Source: an uncultured Gemmatimonadales bacterium (GTDB taxonomy: Bacteria; Gemmatimonadota; Gemmatimonadetes; Longimicrobiales; RSA9). From it: a stretch of DNA of 64,000 nt. Below the pieces are notes generated by a model. The model saw only the letters and a list, made by a program, of their open reading frames with translations. It was not told the origin of the DNA and ran no database searches. Where the stretch lies: assembly GCA_963798085.1 (NCBI GenBank), contig CAWCRS010000009.1:233889-297888 (forward strand). The letters run 5' to 3'. Shown here piece by piece: positions 37,687-47,130 of the stretch (position 1 is the stretch's first letter; each line of letters begins with the position of its first letter). Both the position numbers and the translations under genes were made by a program.

Positions 37687-40102
37687 ATGAGTCTGTCCAT
37701 GGACCTGCGCGTGGCGCTGCGCGGGCGTGCGTCGAGACCCGGCCCTTTCCCTGATCGCGGTGCTGGTGCTGGGGCTGGGCATCGGACTCACCGCGGCGAT
37801 GTTCAGCGTGGTGCGCAGCCTGGCGCTGCGCGGTCTGCCGGTGCCGGAAGGCCAGCGCATCGTCGACATCGAGCGGCGGCCGCACGGCGCGACCGGCGAA
37901 GGCTGGGGCGTACAGCCACGCGACTGGGTGGCGTGGCAGGAGCAGCAGCACACGCTGGAAGGCCTTGCCATCTATTCAACGAACACGGTGGCCGTGCGCG
38001 TGGACCGCGGCGCGTGGCGTTATCCGGCCGCGCAGGTGAGCGCCAATGCGTTCGAGCTGTTGCGCGTGCACGCGGCGCTGGGACGCACCTTCCGCACGGG
38101 CGATGATGCGGAAGGCGCGGATCCCGTGGTCGTGCTGGGTCACGATCTGTGGCGCGACCGCTTCGACTCCGATCCCGGCGCGGTGGGCCGCACCCTCTTC
38201 GTCGACGGCGTGGCGCACGTCGTGATTGGCGTGATGCCCGCCGGCTTCCGCTTCCCTTCCAGCGAAGATCTGTGGCTGCCGTTCGTGATTCCGGCCAGCG
38301 CGGTGACGTCCACGAGCTTCCCCAGCTTTGGCGTGTTCGCGCGGCTGGCGCCCGGCGTTTCGCGCCGTCAGGCGAGCGCTGATTTCGCGGTGATCGCGGC
38401 GCGGCTGGAAGCGCAGTACCCGGCGACGAACCACAACATGGGTGTCGCCATCAAGTCCTTCACGGCTCGCGCCATGGGTGAAGCCGCAATCGCGCAGATG
38501 CTGGTGATCCTGGGCGCCGTCGGCCTGGTCCTGCTGATCGCGTGCGCGAACGTGGCCAACCTGCAGCTGGTGCGCGCGATTCATCGCATGCGCGACCTCT
38601 CCGTGCGCGCATCACTGGGCGCCACCCGCGGCCGGCTCATGGCGCAGGCGCTCACGGAGTCGACCGTGCTGGCGCTGCTGGGCGCCGCGCTGGGCGTGCT
38701 GGTGGCGCTGGCCGCCACCGGCGGTCTGCGCCACTGGCTCACGAGCCGCCTGCCCTACTGGGCCGTGTTCCGGCTGGATGGCATGACTCTGCTGTTCGTG
38801 ATGGCCGTGGCGCTCGGCGCCGGCCTGCTCGCGGGTGCGCTGCCTGCACTGAAGGCGGGGCGCGCCTCAATGCACGATGCGCTGCGCGATGAGGCGAGAG
38901 GCTCGACCGGATTCCACTCTGGTCGCGCCATGCAGACGCTGGTCGTGCTCGAGATCGCGCTCTCGCTGGCACTCATGGTTGCGACCGGACTCATGCTGCA
39001 GGCAGTGCGTCGCGTGCGTGACGTGCGCGCCGGCTTCGCTGTGGATCGGACGGTGACCGCGCAGGTGACGGTGCCCGACGCGTGGGATGCGGCGGCCCGC
39101 CTGCGTTTCGCGGTGAGCCTGCAGACAGCCCTGACGCAGGCGCCGGGCGTGGCTACGGCGGTGCTTGCCTCGAATCTGCCGACCACGCGCGCGAACACGA
39201 CGCGCTACGCGCTCCAGGGCCAGGCGTACGACGAGGATCGCGCCATGCCGTACGCGCGGCTGGTGTCCGTGTCGCCGGGCTTCTTCGAGCAGTTTGGTGC
39301 GGCGGCGCGGGCCGGCCGGTTGTTCGACAGCCATGATGGCGCGGCGGGCGAGCCGGTCGCCATCATCAACCAGCGGCTGGCAAACACGCTGTTCGGGAGC
39401 GCCGATCCGCTGGGCCGGAGCATTCGCACGGGTGGCAGGGAGTCGCAGCAGCCGTGGCGTCGCATTGTGGGCGTGGTGCCCAACCTGTGGATCGCCGGAC
39501 TGGATGCGTTCCCGGACCGCAATCCGGCGGGCATCTACGTGCCGCTGGCACAGCAGCCGCCGGCCACGCTGGCGATCGCGCTGCAGGTACGGGGCGAGAC
39601 CGCGGCACCTGCGGCCGCGATTCGCGAGGCGGTGGCAGCGCTGGCGCCGGATGTGCCCGTGTACGACAGCAAGCTCATGGGCGAAGTGATCGAGGATAAC
39701 AGCTGGTTCTACGGCATGGCGGCCACACTCGTGGGCACGTGCGGCGTGGCCGCAATGCTGCTCGCCACCATCGGACTGTACGGCGTGATCGCGTTCACGG
39801 TGGGCCGGCGCACACGCGAGTTCGGCATCCGCATGGCGGTGGGTGCGCGGCCCGGCAGCATTGTGGCGCTGGTGCTGCGGCGAGGCTGGCTGCAGACGGG
39901 CATTGGCATGACACTGGGTTTCGCACTGGCGGCTGTGATTGGTGGCGGCCTGAGTACACTCGTGTTCGAGGTGAACCCGCACGATCCCGTGGTTTTTGCC
40001 ACATTCGGCCTGCTGCTGATCCTGGTGAACATGACCGCCACGCTGGCGCCTGCGCTGCGCGCCGCGCGCATCGATCCGCTGCAGGCGCTGCGCTCGGAAT
40101 AG
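37687..40102 (+). pseudogene. ADOP-type duplicated FtsX/MacB-like ABC permease, N-terminal frame break near 37725
   Basis: MSLSMDLRVALRG (ATG 37687) is in a different frame from VRRDPALSLIAVLVLGLGIGLTAAMFSV... (ORF 37727..40102). Together they recreate the family N-terminus DLRxALRxxRRxP. The remaining 791 aa are intact and end LQALRSE. Confidence 0.85.
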
Positions 40103-40109
40103 CACGACC

Positions 40110-40721
40110 GTGCCGCGCCCGGTCGTCACGGTGTACGGCGGGGGCGGCGCCGGCGGCAGTGGCCGCAACAGCGTGTTTGCCGCCGCGGCCGCCTGGGCCA
40201 CGGGACGGAATCCCTGGGCGCGTCTGGGGCTGCTGCTCGGCATGACATGGGTGTTCTGGCGGCATCTGCGGGACACCGGCTACAACAGCCTGCTGGGCGG
40301 CCTCAACCTCGGCATCCACGAGCTGGGCCACGTGGTATTCTCGCCCTTCGGGCAGTTCCTCGCGATTGCCGGCGGTACCCTCCTGCAGTGCGCGGCACCC
40401 ATCATTGCCGGTGTTCTCTTCTGGCGGCAGCGGGATTATTTCGCGATCGCTTTCGCACTCTGCTGGCTGGGCACGAACTTCTTCGCCATTGCGCCGTACG
40501 CCGCGGACGCCATCGTGCAGGAGCTGCCACTGGTGTCCGTGGGCTCGGGCGAGCCGATTCACGACTGGGGCTACATGCTGGGGCGTCTGGGCTGGATGCA
40601 TCACGCCACCACCGTGGGCGGTCTGTTCCGCGCGGCGGGCGCCAGCGCCATGCTGTGCGGGCTGCTGGCTGGAGGCTGGCTGGTGTGGCAGAATGCTGCG
40701 CACGCGCGAGGAGGCACATGA
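40110..40721 (+). CDS. hypothetical polytopic membrane protein with HExxH motif
   Basis: 203 aa. Contains GGLNLGIHELGHVVFSP and 4-5 hydrophobic helices. The stop overlaps the next start as ATGA. The start is uncertain (GTG 40110, or the internal Met at MTWVFW). Confidence 0.6.
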   Translation: MPRPVVTVYGGGGAGGSGRNSVFAAAAAWATGRNPWARLGLLLGMTWVFWRHLRDTGYNSLLGGLNLGIHELGHVVFSPFGQFLAIAGGTLLQCAAPIIAGVLFWRQRDYFAIAFALCWLGTNFFAIAPYAADAIVQELPLVSVGSGEPIHDWGYMLGRLGWMHHATTVGGLFRAAGASAMLCGLLAGGWLVWQNAAHARGGT

Positions 40722-41944
40722 GAACACGACCAGGCCGTGACGCTTCAGGTCAGAAGCGGAACCCGAAGCGGCGTCGTCGCCTGCTCCTGCTGTTTCCGGG
40801 ACTGCTGGCCGCACTGGCGCTGCGCGGTCCCTCACCCGGGCCAGCGGGTGTGCCTGACAAGGAGTCAGGCGACCGGCGGCTTCCGCTGGCCGGCGCCGCG
40901 CTGCGCACTTCCAGCGGGCGCCTGCTGCGCGCCGATGTGGTGGCGAGCGGGCTGGACACGCCCTGGGATCTGGCGTGGGGCCCGGACGGCGCGCTCTGGT
41001 TCACGGAGCGGCCGGGGCGGGTGTCGCGGCTGGACCTGGCGACCCGCCGGGTCACGCGGGTGGCGGACATTGCGGTGGTCGAGTCGGGCGAGAGCGGACT
41101 CCTGGGCATGGCCTTCCATCCCGACTTTCCCAGCCAGCCGTACGTGTACTTCGCGCACTCCTACCGCGGCCTGACCGGCATCAGGAACCGGCTGATCCGC
41201 ATGACCTGGCGCAGCGGCAGGCTGGAGGACCCGAAGACGCTGCTGGAGGGCATCAATGGCGGCGGCATCCACAACGGCTCCCGCCTCACCGTCGGGCCGG
41301 ATCGCATGCTGTACATGACCACCGGCGATGCCGGCAACGGGGATCACGCGCAGGACAAACAGTCGCTTAACGGCAAGATCCTGCGCCTCACGCTGGATGG
41401 CCGGTCCCCGCCCGACAATCCTTTCGGCAGCGCCGTCTGGACCTGGGGCCACCGCAATCCGCAGGGCATTGCGTTCCGGCCGGGCACGGCGGAGCTGTAC
41501 GAGACCGAGCACGGGCCCAGCGATGCCGACGAAGTCAACCGCATCGAGAAGGGTCGCAATTACGGCTGGCCCGAGGTGCACGGCGCCTGCGACCGCGCCG
41601 ACGAGGTGGAGTTCTGCCGCACGCACGAGGTAATGGAGCCGATCACCGAATACACCCCCACCATCGGCATTTCCGGCCTCGCCTTCTATGATAACACTGT
41701 TGTTAGCGGCTGGCAGGGCAGCATGCTGTACACCTCGCTGGTCGGCCGCAAGCTCATCCGCCTGGTGCTCACGGGCGACGGCCGCCATGCGGCGAGCCAG
41801 GAGATCGTCATCAACGGCCAGTACGGCCGCCTGCGTGATGTGCTGGTGGCGCCCGACGGCGCCGTCTACATCGCGACCAGCAACAAGGACGGCCGCGGCA
41901 CCCCCGCCCCCGGCGACGACCGCATCATCCGCATTACTCCATAG
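40718..41944 (+). CDS. PQQ-dependent sugar (glucose/sorbosone) dehydrogenase, beta-propeller
   Basis: ATG at 40718, preceded by GAGGAGGCAC. Signal peptide. Contains SGLDTPWDLAWGPDGALWFTERPGRV, GLLGMAFHPDF, HNGSRL, MYMTTGD, GKILRL..DG..P.DNPF, WTWGHRNPQG and GWPEVHG. Confidence 0.88.
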   Translation: MRTRPGRDASGQKRNPKRRRRLLLLFPGLLAALALRGPSPGPAGVPDKESGDRRLPLAGAALRTSSGRLLRADVVASGLDTPWDLAWGPDGALWFTERPGRVSRLDLATRRVTRVADIAVVESGESGLLGMAFHPDFPSQPYVYFAHSYRGLTGIRNRLIRMTWRSGRLEDPKTLLEGINGGGIHNGSRLTVGPDRMLYMTTGDAGNGDHAQDKQSLNGKILRLTLDGRSPPDNPFGSAVWTWGHRNPQGIAFRPGTAELYETEHGPSDADEVNRIEKGRNYGWPEVHGACDRADEVEFCRTHEVMEPITEYTPTIGISGLAFYDNTVVSGWQGSMLYTSLVGRKLIRLVLTGDGRHAASQEIVINGQYGRLRDVLVAPDGAVYIATSNKDGRGTPAPGDDRIIRITP

Positions 41945-42207
41945 CTCTCTTCACCTCGGAGAGCGCGGTGGGCGTGGAGGCTGCTGCGCATGTGGGAGCG
42001 CCGAGGGCGATTGAACGGACGGATTGCTGGTTTACCGCGAAGTGCACGGAGGGCGCAGGCTGCAGAAACGGGCGGGCGGGGCGTGGAGCGAGCCGTGAGC
42101 CTTGCGATGAGCGCCTCGACTGGCGGGGTGCGCGGGTGAATGCCACTGGACTTCGGAGTTGCGGCAGCAGGTTTGCTGCCATCCACCCTTCAACCTGGTG
42201 AGCTGCA

Positions 42208-45200
42208 ATGCGCGCGTACGCACGAGTTCCGGCCATGGTGCTGCTCGTCGGTTTCACTGCCAGTCTGCTCGCGCGACGGGCGAGCGCACAGACGGCGGCG
42301 CAGAACGACAGCGCGGCGGCGGCCGCGTTGAAGGCGAAGTCGCTGCCGCTGATCGCGACGCGCACGCTCGATTTCACGACGGACGAAGGTTCCTGGATCT
42401 CGCTCAATGTGTCGCGCGACGGGAACACGATCGTGTTCGAGCTGCTGGGCGATCTCTACACGCTGCCGATCGCGGGGGGCACGGCCACGCGTATTACCAG
42501 CGGACTCGCGTACGACATGCAGCCGCGCTTCTCGCCGGACGGCCGGCGCATCGTCTTCATCAGCGATCGCAATGGCGCGGAGAACGTGTGGATCGCGGAT
42601 GCGGATGGGTCGCACGCGCGTGCGCTCACGACCACCGAGCGCGACAGTTACATGTCGCCGGTCTGGACGCCGGATGGCCAGTACGTGATTGCCGCGAAGG
42701 GCGCGCAGCTGTGGCTCTACCATCACGAGCGTGGTTCCGGTCTGCAGCTCACGGGCAATCGCGGTGCCGGTGCAACCGCCGCACCCGGTGCGCCCGGACA
42801 GGCCGCACCCGCACTGCTCGGCCCCGCTTTCGGCAGTGACCCGCGCATCCTCTGGGTCAACGTGCGCGGTTCGGTTACGAGCGGCTTTGCGGCTGCGGCG
42901 CGCGAGCCGTGGGATGATGATTTCGATCCCGCCGATGCGCGCAGCTCGGCGCGCGTGGTAGGGCCGTACCAGATCGGGCAGTACGACCGCGAGAACGGGC
43001 GGCTTCGCTTGCGCACGCACGAGATGGAAGGCGCGTTCCGGCCGGTGCCCAGCCCGGATGGAAGGTGGCTGGTCTACACGACGCGCTACGATGCGCGCGA
43101 GGCGCTCAAGCTGCTCGACCTCGGCACCGGCGAGGAACGCTGGCTGGTGATGGATGTGCAGCGCAATGACAGCGACGGCGGCGGTTCGCGCGATCGCAAT
43201 GTCTACCCGGGCTCGGCGTTCACGCCCGACTCGCGCTTCCTGATCACGAGTTATGGCGGGAAGATCTGGCGCGTGGCCGTACCCACGGGTGAAGCGACGC
43301 AGATCCCGTTCAGCGCGCACGTGCAGCAGCAGATGGGAGCGCTCTCGCACTTCGAGTATCCCATCAACGATTCGGTGCTGACCGTGACGCAGATCCGCGG
43401 CGCGCGTCCCTCGCCCGATGGCCGGCGGGTGGTGTTTGCAGCGCTGGACCACCTCTGGATCGCGGACCTGCCGGCCGGCCGCGGCGGGCCGCCCGCCGAC
43501 AACGAACCGCATGCGACGATTCGCGACGCCACCCGTCTGACAGCGTCCGCGGATGTCGAGCACGCTCCCGTGTGGTCGCCGGATGGCCAGTACATCGCAT
43601 GGATCACCTGGAACGACTCCACAGGCGGCGACATCTGGCGCATGCGCGCGAGTGGCGCAGGACAGCCCGAGAAGCTGACCCGCAGTCCGGCGTTCTACGA
43701 CAGGCTCGCGTACTCGCGCGATGGCTCACGACTCATCGCGGTGCGCGGCTCGAAGATGCACCGCATGCGCACGCTCGAGGACTTCGGCAACAACGACGCT
43801 TCGGCGGAACTGGAGTACGCCTGGATGCCCGCCGGCGGCGGCGACATGCAGCGCATCGCCTGGGTGGGGAGCGGCGCGACACAGGAAGGCCGCAATGAGC
43901 CACACATCGGACCGGACTCGTCGCGCATCTATGTGTGGGCCGGCAGCGAAGGTCTCATCTCAATGCGTTACGACGGCACCGACATCCGCACGGTAGTGAA
44001 GGTGAGCGCGCCGCCGCAGCCGGGGAGCACGGGGCCCGCGCCACCGCCGGAGGAGGTGCTGCTCTCGCCCGACGGCACGCGTGCGCTGGTGTACGCCAAC
44101 CGCAATGTCTACATGATCACGGTGCCACCGGTGGCCGGTGACGCGCCGGCGGTCTCGGTGGCGGCGTCGTCTTCGGTGCCGACCTGGCGACTTACCCGCA
44201 TTGGCGGCGACTTCATTGGCTGGCGCCAGGACGGCGCCGTGGCCTACTACTCCATCGGTCGCAGCCTCTTCCTCTACGACATCGCCATGGCGGACTCGCT
44301 GCACGCCGATTCGCTGGCGCGCGCGCGCGCTGACACGGCGAGGACCCGCGCAGCCGGCGATTCGGCCGCGGCCGGCGCACGGGCACGACCGGCGTACGAG
44401 CCGCACCGTGTCAATGTCGAGATCACCGCAAGGAAGGACAAGCCCGGCGGAACGCTGGTGCTGCGCGGCGCCCGCATCATCACCATGAAGGGCGACGAGA
44501 TCATCCCGTCCGGGGACATCGTGATCCGCGACAACCGCATCGCCGCAGTGGGCGCGCGCGGCAAGGTCGCGGTGCCTGCGAACGCACGTGTTATCGACGT
44601 GAGCGGCAAGACCATAATTCCCGGCTACGTCGACATCCACGCGCACACCTGGGTGGCGTGGGGCGTGCACCGCAGCCAGGTCTCGCAGTTCATGGCGCAG
44701 CTGGCGTACGGCGTGACCACGCAGCGCGACCCGCAGACATCGTCGGAGGACATCCTCACCTACAGCGACCGCATGGAGATGGGCGAGCTGATCGGACCTC
44801 GCCTGTACTCGACCGGCCCGGGCATCTTCGCCTCGGACAACATCCACAACCTGGCGGAAGCCCGCGACGTGGTGCGCCGCTACGCGGATTATTTCAACAC
44901 GCACACGATCAAGCAGTACCTGGTGGGGGACCGCAAGGTGCGGCAGTGGGTGATCATGGCGGCGCGTGAGCTGGGACTGACACCGACCACCGAGGGCGGC
45001 TCCAACTTCACGATGAACCTCACGCTCATGCAGGACGGCTACGCCGGACTCGAGCACGCGCTGCCCATCAGCCCATTCTACAACAATGTGGTCCAGCTGG
45101 AGCGCACCAGTGGCATCACCTACACACCCACACTGATCGTGAGTTATGGCGGGCCGTGGGGCCGCGACTACTACCTCACCCGCACCAACATCGACGAGAA

Positions 45201-45675
45201 CGCGAAGCTGCACCACTTCACACCACACGATGAGCTGGACAAGTGGCAGACCGCGACGTTCAACCGCACGGACCAGTACGTCTACACGCTGCACGCGCAG
45301 CAGCTCAAGAAGGTGGTGGAAGCGGGCGGCCGCGTGGGCCTCGGCTCACACGGCGAGGTGCAGGGGATCGGCGTGCACTGGGAACTGTGGATGATCGGCT
45401 CGGGCGGCATGCGGCCGCATGATGTTCTGCGCATCGCCACACTGTACAGCGCGGACGCGATCGGCTTGAGCCGGGACATCGGTTCGCTCGAGCCCGGCAA
45501 GCTGGCGGACCTGCAGATTCTCGACGCCAACCCGCTCGACAAGCTCGAGAACAGTACGTCGATTCACTATGTGATGAAGAACGGGCGGCTGTACGAGGCC
45601 GCCACGCTGAACGAAGTCTGGCCGCGGCAGCGGGTGCTGCCCACGCAGTGGTGGTGGCGGGTGGAGCCCCGGTAG
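42208..45675 (+). CDS. secreted multidomain protein: TolB/PD40-like beta-propellers fused to a C-terminal amidohydrolase
   Basis: 1155 aa. Signal peptide MRAYARVPAMVLLVGFTASLLARRASAQ. Repeated PD40-type motifs (PRFSPDGRRIVFISDRNG, SPVWTPDGQYV, PSPDGRWLVYT, PVWSPDGQYIAW). C-terminal IIPGYVDIHAHTW (HxH) ...GSLEPGKLADLQILDANPL. Confidence 0.88.
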   Translation: MRAYARVPAMVLLVGFTASLLARRASAQTAAQNDSAAAAALKAKSLPLIATRTLDFTTDEGSWISLNVSRDGNTIVFELLGDLYTLPIAGGTATRITSGLAYDMQPRFSPDGRRIVFISDRNGAENVWIADADGSHARALTTTERDSYMSPVWTPDGQYVIAAKGAQLWLYHHERGSGLQLTGNRGAGATAAPGAPGQAAPALLGPAFGSDPRILWVNVRGSVTSGFAAAAREPWDDDFDPADARSSARVVGPYQIGQYDRENGRLRLRTHEMEGAFRPVPSPDGRWLVYTTRYDAREALKLLDLGTGEERWLVMDVQRNDSDGGGSRDRNVYPGSAFTPDSRFLITSYGGKIWRVAVPTGEATQIPFSAHVQQQMGALSHFEYPINDSVLTVTQIRGARPSPDGRRVVFAALDHLWIADLPAGRGGPPADNEPHATIRDATRLTASADVEHAPVWSPDGQYIAWITWNDSTGGDIWRMRASGAGQPEKLTRSPAFYDRLAYSRDGSRLIAVRGSKMHRMRTLEDFGNNDASAELEYAWMPAGGGDMQRIAWVGSGATQEGRNEPHIGPDSSRIYVWAGSEGLISMRYDGTDIRTVVKVSAPPQPGSTGPAPPPEEVLLSPDGTRALVYANRNVYMITVPPVAGDAPAVSVAASSSVPTWRLTRIGGDFIGWRQDGAVAYYSIGRSLFLYDIAMADSLHADSLARARADTARTRAAGDSAAAGARARPAYEPHRVNVEITARKDKPGGTLVLRGARIITMKGDEIIPSGDIVIRDNRIAAVGARGKVAVPANARVIDVSGKTIIPGYVDIHAHTWVAWGVHRSQVSQFMAQLAYGVTTQRDPQTSSEDILTYSDRMEMGELIGPRLYSTGPGIFASDNIHNLAEARDVVRRYADYFNTHTIKQYLVGDRKVRQWVIMAARELGLTPTTEGGSNFTMNLTLMQDGYAGLEHALPISPFYNNVVQLERTSGITYTPTLIVSYGGPWGRDYYLTRTNIDENAKLHHFTPHDELDKWQTATFNRTDQYVYTLHAQQLKKVVEAGGRVGLGSHGEVQGIGVHWELWMIGSGGMRPHDVLRIATLYSADAIGLSRDIGSLEPGKLADLQILDANPLDKLENSTSIHYVMKNGRLYEAATLNEVWPRQRVLPTQWWWRVEPR

Positions 45676-45936
45676 CCGGACCGTCTTGGCGTTCTTGGGT
45701 TAGGCCTGATCAGACATGCGACCCGGCCTCAAGCCTTCCCGCCTGCCATGCCCGCGGCGCGGCCAGCCATGGAGATCGGGGGTCCAGGCGGTAGAATTAC
45801 GCGTCCACGCACAATGCTCCGGCACGAAAGTGCTGCACATCCGGGCTGCGACGCGTGGAATCGCTCGTTCGCAGGCGTTCTTGAGGCACAGGCATGGGAG
45901 CAGCGGCCACAACCCAAGAACGCCAAGACGGTCCGG
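45676..45936. repeat. MITE-like element (family B) with perfect 26-bp terminal inverted repeats
   Basis: CCGGACCGTCTTGGCGTTCTTGGGTT at 45676-45701 is the exact reverse complement of 45911-45936. It starts at the base after the TAG of the plus-strand gene and ends 4 nt before the TGA of the minus-strand gene. A second, shorter copy is at 60817-60950. Confidence 0.75.
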
Positions 45937-45940
45937 AACC

Positions 45941-46351
45941 TCAGCGCGACACGCCAAAGGTGCCGCGCACACCCACCCCGTTGCTCCACTCGCCCTGCAC
46001 TCTTCCGCCGTTGACCTCGCCGTCCAGCAGCCACTCGTCGCCGCCCGTGCGCTTGAGCCGCAGGTGCACCCGACCATTCGCTGCCGACCCCGTCAGCTCG
46101 CCGCCTGACTGCTCTACGCTCGCCCGGCTACCTACCCTCTTGGACAGGATGAGCCGGTAGTTGCCGCTGACCTGCCCGTTCGCGTCGATCAGCGTGAGGG
46201 TGAGCGCGCCACCATCATAGGCCGGGTGACTCAGCGTGCCCTGCCAGGTCCCGCTCACGTCCGGCTCCGTCTCCGGACCGCTCATGTCCTTGCACGCACC
46301 AGTCACCGCCACCGCCAGCACCAGCATCCACAGATTCCGTCGCGCCCGCAT
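45941..46351 (-). CDS. hypothetical small secreted/lipoprotein
   Basis: 136 aa. MRARRNLWMLVLAVAVTGACKD signal with a Cys, then a beta-rich body (GTWQGTLSHP...GQVSGNYRLIL...). I recognise no family. Confidence 0.6.
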   Translation of the reverse strand: MRARRNLWMLVLAVAVTGACKDMSGPETEPDVSGTWQGTLSHPAYDGGALTLTLIDANGQVSGNYRLILSKRVGSRASVEQSGGELTGSAANGRVHLRLKRTGGDEWLLDGEVNGGRVQGEWSNGVGVRGTFGVSR

Positions 46352-46603
46352 CGGTCGGCTCCTTCGAGAGTAGTCTCAGCGTCTTCTACTCAGAAGGGCG
46401 ACAGAACCCGGGCTCCACCCTCATCGCGGGCAGATCGCGGTGTCCGTGACCGACCGACGGACGGCCAGGAACGGGCGACCGCGTACGCCGGACCCTCCTC
46501 CGCCAGCCTGGCCTCCGCGGCTGCCCGGCCAACTGCTGCCACCGGAAAAGCCGAGTCGCGCTCACTCGTCCCGTGGAACGCAGCCACGCGCTCGTCCAGT
46601 TGT

Positions 46604-46622
46604 CTATAACATAGTGTTATAG
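46604..46622. promoter_or_regulatory. AT-rich perfect palindrome CTATAACA-tag-TGTTATAG (operator-like)
   Basis: 8-bp perfect arms with a 3-nt centre, about 250 nt upstream of the 46351 start on the minus strand. The half-site TAACA/TGTTA resembles the TGACA/TGTyA palindromes in the three repeats at 46693-46897. Confidence 0.45.
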
Positions 46623-46692
46623 GGAGACCGTTCGCGCAACCACGCGGAGATCTCCGCCGGCCGCATTCAGTCCAGGCGAGGACGCCTGCACC

Positions 46693-46897
46693 GGCACTTC
46701 TGACATCGTGTTACAAGCGGGACACGCGCACACGCAACCAGGCAGAGGTCGCCTCACAACGTTCGCGGCAATCCCCAGCCGGTCATCCTGCCGGCACTTC
46801 TGACATCGTGTCATAAGCAGGGAACGTGCACACGCAACCAGGCGGAGACCCAGGCACTTCTGACATCGTGTTACAGGTGCCGCGCACGCACACACAC
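46693..46897. repeat. three direct copies of a ~51-bp unit, each carrying a TGACA-N3-TGTyA palindrome and a (CA/CG)n tract
   Basis: Copy 1 at 46693-46743: ggcacttctgacatcgtgttacaagcgggacacgcgcacacgcaaccaggc. Copy 2 at 46793-46843: ggcacttctgacatcgtgtcataagcagggaacgtgcacacgcaaccaggc. Copy 3 at 46853-46897: ggcacttctgacatcgtgttacaggtgccgcgcacgcacacacac. Start-to-start spacing is 100 and 60 bp. Confidence 0.8.
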
Positions 46898-47130
46898 TAC
46901 TGCCCGATTTCTGGTGGTTCCGTGATTGGGGCAGCGCGTCCTTGACGCAGTCAGCGATTCCTTGCCGCCTTGCCCGGCGCGCGCAGCGCACTCGGCGGTG
47001 AAGCCACCGCAGGGAGGAGCCGGTGGAGGATAGCATCGGCCGGGGCGTGGACGGCGGCGGGCAGCGGCAGGGAGATCGCATCAACGAAGGCGTTGGGTTC
47101 GCGCAGGCGGAGGCTCAGCACGTCGCCCGA

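Noticed and set aside
46693-46897. A possible mini CRISPR array, suggested by three direct repeats with intervening sequence.
   Set aside because: There are only three copies. The spacing is unequal (100 and 60 bp). The sequence following the 25-nt core is also conserved between copies, so the unit is about 51 bp with no unique spacers. No cas genes are present in the window.
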